This document shows positions 57,428-64,000 of a stretch of 64,000 nucleotides of DNA, in pieces. Source of the DNA: a virus (Duplodnaviria > Heunggongvirae > Uroviricota > Caudoviricetes); the IMG/VR virus record IMGVR_UViG_3300031884_000008. The stretch is one strand, 5' to 3'. The stretch's first letter is position 1; each line of letters begins with the position of its first letter. Made by a program: the position numbers and the translations under genes. The notes beneath the pieces were generated by a model that was given only the letters and a program-made list of their open reading frames with translations, searched no databases and was not told the origin of the DNA.

Positions 57428-57868
57428 ATGCTGCGGCTTTTTCATTTAAATAAATATGATATTAAGAAAGGTAATAAGAAGTTGGCCCTATTTCACAAGC
57501 ATTTGATCGTCCGTGCAGAAGTCAATAAACCAATGGTTTGTCCTGAGAAGGTATCTAAAGAGTGGATGCCTGCTCTTATTGACCGTATTGGTATGAAAAT
57601 TCTCATGGGACCCTATGCTGTTTATAGTGATATGGAAGGTAATCGCGGATTGACCGCTGCCACTATTATTGAGACCAGTCATATTGTCATGCATATCTGG
57701 GATGAACAGAGCCCGGCAATGGTACAACTCGACGTTTATACGTGCGGGCCGCTCGATCCATATGACGTTGTTGAATCGCTTAAGATCATGGATCCAGTTC
57801 ATATCGACATGAAATATTTGGATCGTGAACATGATCTGGTTGATCTTCCTATTCCTGAATCCGAGTAA
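57428..57868 (+). CDS. speD: S-adenosylmethionine decarboxylase proenzyme (SpeH/SpeD small class)
   Basis: ETSHIVMHIWDEQ (pyruvoyl-forming ES-H site) and LDVYTCG motifs. Confidence 0.6.
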   Translation: MLRLFHLNKYDIKKGNKKLALFHKHLIVRAEVNKPMVCPEKVSKEWMPALIDRIGMKILMGPYAVYSDMEGNRGLTAATIIETSHIVMHIWDEQSPAMVQLDVYTCGPLDPYDVVESLKIMDPVHIDMKYLDREHDLVDLPIPESE

Positions 57869-57872
57869 CTAT

Positions 57873-57946
57873 ACCAGTGTAGTATAGTGGTAGTGCGAGG
57901 GTCTCCAAAACCCCAAGCGGGAGTTCGATTCTCTCCACTGGTGCCA
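57873..57946 (+). tRNA. tRNA-Trp(CCA)
   Basis: Anticodon loop CTCCAAA. Confidence 0.7.
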
Positions 57947-58240
57947 AATACGTAAAAAACAGTTGACTTGTTTCATATCATACAGTACATTCTCTTATAA
58001 AGAGGATATGAGCATGATGTTTAAATCTGAACAAGACTTTGAAGCTGCATTTGGAACTGAGGAATTTATCAGGCAATACGCTGAATACATCATGCGCAAT
58101 TGTGCCGGAGACCGAATCATCGCCAATGGTGACATGCTTCTTGTAGCTATGGAAGACATGTATCTCTACGAAGAATTTAAAGAGTCCATGCTTTAACTGA
58201 TTTAGGTTTAGTTATTCTACCGCCGATATCTGATGAACAA

Positions 58241-58525
58241 ATGATGTGGTATATCCTTAAGGGGTATACTATTGATGTGGACAGGCCCGGCGAGCGGTGG
58301 TGGTCTCTAAACGGGCAGTGGCACCGAGAAGACGGCCCTGCGGTTGAACATGCGAACGGAACTCGGGCTTGGTATCGCTACGGAGAACTTCACCGAGAAG
58401 ACGGCCCGGCGGTTGAAGATGCGGATGGAACTCGGTATTGGTATCTAAACGACCAAAACATGACCGAAGAAAAACACCGAGAACTCACACAAAAGAACAG
58501 AGAACATGCTACCGCCGATATCTGA
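58241..58525 (+). CDS. MORN-variant repeat protein paralog
   Basis: MMWYILKGYTIDVD...WHREDGPAVE repeats; shares 5' box with 991 ORF. Confidence 0.5.
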   Translation: MMWYILKGYTIDVDRPGERWWSLNGQWHREDGPAVEHANGTRAWYRYGELHREDGPAVEDADGTRYWYLNDQNMTEEKHRELTQKNREHATADI

Positions 58526-58847
58526 TGAACAAATGATGTGGGATACTCTAAAGGGTTATAGAGTCGTTACGTATAGTAGCGGAACTCGTATGTGGTTTTT
58601 GAATAGAACCCTACACCGAGAAGCCGGCCCTGCAGTAATTGGTATTAACAGCGTATGTTGGTATCGCTACGGAGAACTTCACCGAGAAGACGGCCCTGCG
58701 TTGGAACGTGCTAACGGTGACAAAGAATGGTATTTTAACGGACAACGTCACCGAGAAGACGGCCCTGCGATTGAATGTGCAGATGGAACTAAACATTGGT
58801 ATGTTAACGGTAGGGAAGTTTACAAAGAAATTAAAATAGCCGGTTGA
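58506..58847 (+). CDS. MORN-variant repeat protein paralog
   Basis: MLPPISDEQMMW...LHREDGPA repeats. Confidence 0.5.
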   Translation: MLPPISDEQMMWDTLKGYRVVTYSSGTRMWFLNRTLHREAGPAVIGINSVCWYRYGELHREDGPALERANGDKEWYFNGQRHREDGPAIECADGTKHWYVNGREVYKEIKIAG

Positions 58848-58904
58848 CAGTAAGAAAATGATTTGCTACTATGCATCATAGAGATTGAACAAAGGAGCTG
58901 AACA

Positions 58905-59069
58905 ATGATTTTCGCGTCTGGTGCCGAAGCTGTTGCTCACTACTACAGGCAAGGTTACATGACTCTTAAGGAGTCTGACGATTATCGTTCGATGATCAAT
59001 GAAATTACCGGACATATCGTTCGAATCTTTCATACCGGATTCCTCGAATGGAAGGCAGTCGAAGACTAA
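58905..59069 (+). CDS. small hypothetical protein (54 aa)
   Basis: AAAGGAG RBS; below ORF-track cutoff. Confidence 0.3.
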   Translation: MIFASGAEAVAHYYRQGYMTLKESDDYRSMINEITGHIVRIFHTGFLEWKAVED

Positions 59070-59075
59070 AATTAT

Positions 59076-59160
59076 GGCCGCGTGGTGAAACTGGTAAGAC
59101 ACAAGGGACTTAAAATCCCTCGCTTTGGGCATGTCGGTTCGACTCCGACCGCGGCTACCA
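59076..59160 (+). tRNA. tRNA-Leu(UAA), class II
   Basis: Anticodon loop CTTAAAA. Confidence 0.7.
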
Positions 59161-59201
59161 AAATATACTAAATAACACCCGAAACAGTTGACAGTGTACA
59201 A

Positions 59202-59435
59202 ATGCTGTCGTACTGTAAAACAGTAACAATAACGGAGACTAACATGAGCAATATCATTAACGTTGACTTCACCCGTAAGGTAAACCCTGCGCTTGAAAAC
59301 TATCTAAACTCACTACGAGAGCAAGGATTAGACGAAGACGACGCTATGGATGTAGTTGACGCAATCAACGATTGTGTGGCTTTTGACCAAGCCGATGAAG
59401 ACATTCAGGTGTTGGCCTCAGCCTGGTTCGGATAA
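59202..59435 (+). CDS. hypothetical acidic protein
   Basis: 77-aa ORF. Confidence 0.3.
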   Translation: MLSYCKTVTITETNMSNIINVDFTRKVNPALENYLNSLREQGLDEDDAMDVVDAINDCVAFDQADEDIQVLASAWFG

Positions 59436-59443
59436 TATTTAAC

Positions 59444-59528
59444 GCCTCAGTATACCTCTAAGGACGGGGTCCGGACTGTAAATCCGGTGTCTTTGACTGG
59501 CTAGGATCGTTACCTAGATGAGGCACCA
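59444..59528 (+). tRNA. tRNA-Tyr(GUA), class II, non-canonical T-loop (ATCGTTA)
   Basis: CCGGA-CTGTAAA-TCCGG anticodon arm. Confidence 0.55.
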
Positions 59529-59534
59529 ATTCAT

Positions 59535-59608
59535 GCTGACGTAGTTCAATGGTAGAACGCTTGATTGTGGATCAAGTCACGTACGTTCGATTCTTACCGG
59601 CAGTGCCA
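59535..59608 (+). tRNA. tRNA-His(GUG) lacking encoded G-1
   Basis: CTTGA-TTGTGGA-TCAAG anticodon arm; GTTC/GAAC D-stem; one acceptor mismatch. Confidence 0.5.
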
Positions 59609-59807
59609 TTATATAGGATCTGAAATGAATATTTTTACTGCGGCGGCGTATGGCTATGCCTTGTGTGCAATTCAATGGGGCCCGATTTTTATGGATCATG
59701 CTCCGAACACTGCTAAATGGTTTATCGTAGTAGGTTGCTTCGTTGGAATCATTGGCGCTGTTGCAGAAATTGTTAGGATCAACAAATACAGAAATAAATA
59801 GTTATAC

Positions 59808-59900
59808 GGAAGTGTGGTCGAGTCTGGTTTATGGCATCCGCCTTGAAAGCGGACGAACGTGATGAGCGTTCCGTGAGTTCGAATCTCACCGCTTCCGCCA
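59808..59900 (+). tRNA. tRNA-Ser(UGA), class II
   Basis: Anticodon loop CTTGAAA; ATAAATA 7 nt upstream. Confidence 0.7.
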
Positions 59901-59916
59901 ATTTTAAGGAGCCCCA

Positions 59917-60972
59917 ATGTCTAAAGTACTGTTCATCCTAAAGCGCAAGGATGACTATAATGCAAACAGAGATAGTAGACATATAGGACTTAGTACGGGA
60001 TTATATAACTCAGCATCATTTGTTAATCAGATGCTAAATGATATGGGTATAGAATCCAATATGGAAGTTGCAGTCGATAACAACTGCATTGATCACTTTG
60101 TAGCAAAGCATAAACCAACCCATGTGATCATAGAAGCACTCTGGGTAGTTCCTGAAAAATATCAAATACTACAAAAGTTACATCCTAATGTAACATGGAT
60201 ATTGCGCCTTCACAGTGAAATGCCTTTTATGTCCGGTGAAGGTATGGCGCTGAATTGGATTGGTGAATATTCTAAAATTAAGAATATGTTAGTTTCAGTA
60301 AATGCGCCACGTATGTTACGTGAAATTAAATTTTTTCTAAAGACGCTGAATAATTGGACAGACGAGCAAACTGATAAAAAGGTTTTGTATCTTCCTAACT
60401 ATTATCCACAAACATACGCCAAACCAAAGAAAATAGATCGCAAACAATATTACGTGAACGTGGGTTGTTTCGGTGCTGTCCGCCCACTAAAGAATCATAT
60501 GGTTCAGGCAATAGCAGCGGTGGATTTTGCTGAATCTATAGGAAAAAGAGTCAAGTTTCACATAAATGCCGGCAGAATTGAAATGCAAGGGCAACCGGTA
60601 GCACACAATTTAGAAAGTTTCTTTGCGCATTTATATGATCGTGGACATAGATTAGTTAATCATGCATGGGCACCTCGCGAGGAATTTCTCGTGACTTGTT
60701 CTAAAATGGACATTGGTATGCAGTGCAATTTTAGTGAAACCTTCAATATCGTAGGAGCTGATTTAATAAGCCAAGGTGTTCCTTTGATTGGTAGTAAAGA
60801 GATTCCGTGGATGGTGTTCGGTAAAACTGATCCAACAGAAAGCAGACTAATTAAAACTGAATTAGAGTTTGCTTACGAAATGCCATGGCTCAATGTAGCA
60901 TGTAATCAGCATAGCTTGACTAAATACACAGACAAGACTGCTAAGATTTGGTCAAAGATATTTAAAGGATAG
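59917..60972 (+). CDS. hypothetical protein, possibly GT-B glycosyltransferase-like
   Basis: ETFNIVGADLISQGVPLIGSKEIPW weakly resembles GT4 C-terminal motif. Confidence 0.3.
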   Translation: MSKVLFILKRKDDYNANRDSRHIGLSTGLYNSASFVNQMLNDMGIESNMEVAVDNNCIDHFVAKHKPTHVIIEALWVVPEKYQILQKLHPNVTWILRLHSEMPFMSGEGMALNWIGEYSKIKNMLVSVNAPRMLREIKFFLKTLNNWTDEQTDKKVLYLPNYYPQTYAKPKKIDRKQYYVNVGCFGAVRPLKNHMVQAIAAVDFAESIGKRVKFHINAGRIEMQGQPVAHNLESFFAHLYDRGHRLVNHAWAPREEFLVTCSKMDIGMQCNFSETFNIVGADLISQGVPLIGSKEIPWMVFGKTDPTESRLIKTELEFAYEMPWLNVACNQHSLTKYTDKTAKIWSKIFKG

Positions 60973-60975
60973 CAC

Positions 60976-61179
60976 ATGCACAAGAAACATTCAGTTAAAA
61001 TCCGTGGTTGGGAAAACGGAGAGCTAGTCGTAGCAACATTGTTCTTCAATTCATACAATGAAGCCGTAGATTTTGCATCTGGTCGCCATCACAGATATGG
61101 TCATTCGGCTAAGATTTATAATGAGTTCAATGAACTTGTTTTAGAACTTGTAGCGAAAATTATCGGCTCCTACGCATAA
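60976..61179 (+). CDS. hypothetical protein
   Basis: 67-aa ORF. Confidence 0.3.
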   Translation: MHKKHSVKIRGWENGELVVATLFFNSYNEAVDFASGRHHRYGHSAKIYNEFNELVLELVAKIIGSYA

Positions 61180-61220
61180 TTAATATTGACTTTGTTCTCA
61201 ATAAGTAATATGCATGTAAC

Positions 61221-61412
61221 ATGCATATTACCTTTTGGGAAATCATAGAACTACTAATTCTACTGCCAGGCACCATTTTATTTGGTTGGTTGTCAATTCC
61301 GGTTCTTCTAGCTAATTGGAAGGATTGGCACTGGCTTCTGGCCGCCCTGTGGACGGGAATTTTTGCCCGTGATGTTGTGTTGCTTATCGTACAAATCATG
61401 CATCGGGTTTAG
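61221..61412 (+). CDS. small membrane protein
   Basis: Hydrophobic 63-aa ORF. Confidence 0.3.
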   Translation: MHITFWEIIELLILLPGTILFGWLSIPVLLANWKDWHWLLAALWTGIFARDVVLLIVQIMHRV

Positions 61413-61761
61413 CGTGGAATTCTTTATAGAAGAACAGTATCTAACTCATGTATCGGTACGAGACGTTAGAAGCAATTTAGAAAATCCAGACGAGCCTACG
61501 GCTGAGGATCTCATCAAAATTCTTAAAGATGAACACATAACTGTTAGAAGTTATTCGCATAAAGATCATCCTATATTCACTGAACTTAGAGAACATCTGG
61601 AAGATAACGGCTATATAAAAACAGAGCGTCATTGGTGGAATGGAGATAGAGTAATGAAACCGTTTTCACTTAACGGATACCAATTTGAAATAGGTGAGAA
61701 GTTTCCTTGCGCAGCCGCTATTGCTGGTCACATGAAGTTTAATTCAAAATATAAAGATTAA
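61363..61761 (+). CDS. hypothetical protein
   Basis: 132-aa ORF. Confidence 0.35.
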   Translation: MPVMLCCLSYKSCIGFSVEFFIEEQYLTHVSVRDVRSNLENPDEPTAEDLIKILKDEHITVRSYSHKDHPIFTELREHLEDNGYIKTERHWWNGDRVMKPFSLNGYQFEIGEKFPCAAAIAGHMKFNSKYKD

Positions 61762-61772
61762 AGAAAAGTCCA

Positions 61773-62156
61773 ATGTCATACCTACTGTTTCTAGATGATG
61801 TTCGAATGCCAGATCAAGTTACCTGGGAATCGTTCCCTCGCGATGAATTGACCTACATTCTTCGTAACTATGATCAATTCATTAAGCATATTTCGTTGCA
61901 TGGCGTTCCTGAATTTGTCTGTTTTGATCACGACCTTGCAGATGAACACTATGCTGCTATGTTGGCTGAATCTGAAGGTCATGACGCGGCCTACGGTGAT
62001 GAAAAGACCGGATACGATTGTGCCAAATGGTTGGTCGATTACTGCACGGATCACGGAAAGAAATTTCCAAAGTACATAGTACATTCTATGAATCCGGCTG
62101 GTAAAGACAGAATCATCGGTTACATTGAAAATGCGAAGAAGCATTTAGGTATATAA
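61773..62156 (+). CDS. hypothetical protein
   Basis: 127-aa ORF, MSYLLFLDDVRMP N-terminus. Confidence 0.35.
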   Translation: MSYLLFLDDVRMPDQVTWESFPRDELTYILRNYDQFIKHISLHGVPEFVCFDHDLADEHYAAMLAESEGHDAAYGDEKTGYDCAKWLVDYCTDHGKKFPKYIVHSMNPAGKDRIIGYIENAKKHLGI

Positions 62157-62166
62157 ATACTATTAC

Positions 62167-62258
62167 GGAGAGGTGCCCGAGAGGCCGAAGGGAGTGGTTT
62201 GCTAAACCATCGTACCTAGAAATAGGTACCCAGGGTTCGAATCCCTGTCTCTCCGCCA
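62167..62258 (+). tRNA. tRNA-Ser(GCU), class II
   Basis: Anticodon loop TTGCTAA. Confidence 0.7.
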
Positions 62259-62318
62259 TTTTTAATAAAATCGGTTGACACGCAGCACACTGTTTGCTAC
62301 TATGAATCATACAGATAC

Positions 62319-62393
62319 GGATCCTTAGCTCAGCGGTAGAGCAGCGGGCCTTTAACCCGCTGGTCCTCGGTTCGATCCCGAGAGGATCCTCCA
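62319..62393 (+). tRNA. tRNA-Lys(UUU) with U73 discriminator
   Basis: GCGGG-CCTTTAA-CCCGC anticodon arm; palindromic GGATCC acceptor. Confidence 0.65.
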
Positions 62394-62402
62394 AATTTTA
62401 TT

Positions 62403-62432
62403 ACTAGACAGTCTGCTAGCAGACTGTCTAGT
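62403..62432. repeat. 30-nt perfect palindrome ACTAGACAGTCTGCTAGCAGACTGTCTAGT
   Basis: Exact self-complementarity centred on GCTAGC; followed by tRNA 3'-end-like GAGTTCGAGTCCCAGAGGGTTCACCA (62436-62466). Confidence 0.85.
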
Positions 62433-62533
62433 AAACTAGATGAGTTCGAGTCCCAGAGGGTTCACCAAAGTCACCCAAATTGATTGTGTTGAATATATAA
62501 GTGTTGTATAATTGACACTATCAAAGGGTTTAC

Positions 62534-62818
62534 ATGTTAAAAGATATAGTAGTTATTGATGATGCGTTAGCTGATCCGTATTATTGGGTGAATCTAGCAA
62601 AGACTATTCCGTTTCATAGCAATGAAACCACAGACATTGATTTTGCACCGACTGTGGGCCTAAAATCAAAAAAGCCTGGTGGCTCATGGCCCGGGTATCG
62701 GTCTGACCCACTAAATATTATAGCAGCAGACCAAAATAGATTAGTGCTGCAAGAATTAATAGAAAAAGTGTTCTTGCACTGTGATGTTGACGCGAGGGGT
62801 TATAAGTTCGGTGACTAA
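62534..62818 (+). CDS. hypothetical protein
   Basis: 94-aa ORF. Confidence 0.3.
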   Translation: MLKDIVVIDDALADPYYWVNLAKTIPFHSNETTDIDFAPTVGLKSKKPGGSWPGYRSDPLNIIAADQNRLVLQELIEKVFLHCDVDARGYKFGD

Positions 62819-63761
62819 GGTTTGGTACACTGGGCACAATGATTATCGAAAGTTAACATTAGACGAAGGCCCTACCAACACATTCACTATGGAACTTCGT
62901 GACGTTGAAACTGTAACGTACAATACTGTGCAGGAAGCATACACTGAGCATTTGAAATCGGCACTTCTTCCAGTTGAAGTTTTGTATAGCGGCGGATTAG
63001 ATAGCGAGAGCGCTATCGTAGGATGTTTGCAAAACAATATTCCAGTTGTTGCAGTATCAATGCGCTTGTTGTTTAGGGGAAACCCTATAAACGTCCATGA
63101 TCTATACTACTCTGAAAAATTTTGCAGAAATCATGGAGTCAAGCAATATCATTTTGATTTAAACCTTGACAGTTTCTTTGGTAATGGTGATCATACAAAG
63201 TATATGGAACCATATAATTTGTTAGAACCAAACACTCCTACTCAAATGTGGTTAGTTGAGCAATGCCATTCATTTCCTATCATAGGCGGAGATTACACTT
63301 GGCCACAGGAAAAGGTATATAGTCCACACCGGTATGAATTTGCGATGTTTGATGTGTTCATGAGAGAACAAAGCATCCCTGGTATAGGCAACATGATAAG
63401 TCACAGTTTGGAATCTAACATGTTCTTTATTAAGGAACACCTGAGCCTGCGCAAGAAACATTCTATTAACGGGGATTACCTGGCCATAGGTCAATTCAAG
63501 CTACAGTTATTAGAAAATTTAGGTTTTGGTAAACTGGAAGCCAGGCATAGAAGCGACGGCTGGGAATTCGTAAAGAGATCCAATTTATGGTTAGATACTA
63601 TACAGCCCGTTATAAATTCTCGTGTGACTAACTCCAAACACACAAAAAGTATTATTAACTGGAATATGTCCATAGGAAACCTTTTAGAGATAGGGCCTGG
63701 CTCAAATGATAATTATGGTATGACAAATCTAATCGGGTTACTTCGCCGCAAAACTTTGTAG
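62781..63761 (+). CDS. PP-loop superfamily ATPase (QueC/asparagine-synthase-like)
   Basis: VLYSGGLDSESAIVGC SGGxDS motif. Confidence 0.45.
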   Translation: MMLTRGVISSVTKVWYTGHNDYRKLTLDEGPTNTFTMELRDVETVTYNTVQEAYTEHLKSALLPVEVLYSGGLDSESAIVGCLQNNIPVVAVSMRLLFRGNPINVHDLYYSEKFCRNHGVKQYHFDLNLDSFFGNGDHTKYMEPYNLLEPNTPTQMWLVEQCHSFPIIGGDYTWPQEKVYSPHRYEFAMFDVFMREQSIPGIGNMISHSLESNMFFIKEHLSLRKKHSINGDYLAIGQFKLQLLENLGFGKLEARHRSDGWEFVKRSNLWLDTIQPVINSRVTNSKHTKSIINWNMSIGNLLEIGPGSNDNYGMTNLIGLLRRKTL

Positions 63762-64000
63762 ACATACCGGTAATGATAAATAAGAATAGTAATGAAGGTC
63801 AGAAATATGTCGTTTATGCAAGCGTTGCGTGAAAAATTAACTGAAGTTAAGGAAGATATTATAGCAGACAAGAGCATCTCTGCTGTCTTTTCGGTTTTTA
63901 GCAGCCTTTAGGATATCAGTATATTTAAGCGTAACCGAATCGTAATGTTCTTTTAGTTTTTCGAATCCATTATATTTACGAGGTTGCGGTATAACGTCAA

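Noticed and set aside
42370-62466. tRNA fragments as prophage att sites or integration scars
   Set aside because: No integrase, excisionase or repressor module is present, and the genome is T4-like (lytic). The fragments are better explained by local tRNA-array turnover.

Overview
This window reads as a contiguous piece of a large, AT-rich (~38-40% GC) T4-like myovirus genome rather than cellular DNA. All calls are manual reads of the sequence and the six-frame track, with no searches or tRNA-finder runs, so tRNA and CDS coordinates are approximate (within a few nt).

The structural module contains a tail sheath with the hallmark MTLVSPGVE N-terminus, two gp19-fold tube proteins, a gp13-like neck protein, a gp4-like head-completion protein, a PAAR-like protein and a 1520-aa repeat-rich tail fibre.

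The nucleotide-metabolism module carries NrdA, NrdB, a glutaredoxin, a T4 gp1-like dNMP kinase and MazG. A recurrent (N)ATAAATA late-promoter-like box sits upstream of many genes. At least five GIY-YIG/HNH homing-endonuclease genes are present. Roughly 25 tRNA genes, plus several degenerate tRNA copies, lie in arrays at about 47.5-50.3 kb and 51-62.4 kb.

Standout features:
- nrdA is fractured at the active-site SNLC|C position by a split intein, with a free-standing HNH endonuclease gene between the intein halves.
- A tRNA(CAU) sits immediately upstream of a TilS-like lysidine synthetase.
- A planctomycete-type PSCyt1-DUF1549-LamG-DUF1553 gene and its DUF1501 partner lie inside an accessory island that also encodes a secreted non-specific nuclease, an SPFH lipoprotein, a peroxiredoxin and a RimK-like ATP-grasp ligase.
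- A GC-rich (~55%) island carries an orphan MqsA-like antitoxin downstream of a truncated upstream ORF.
- A class-II (long-variable-arm) tRNA carries a proline anticodon.
- Several ORF-less structured RNA candidates lie in and next to the tRNA arrays.
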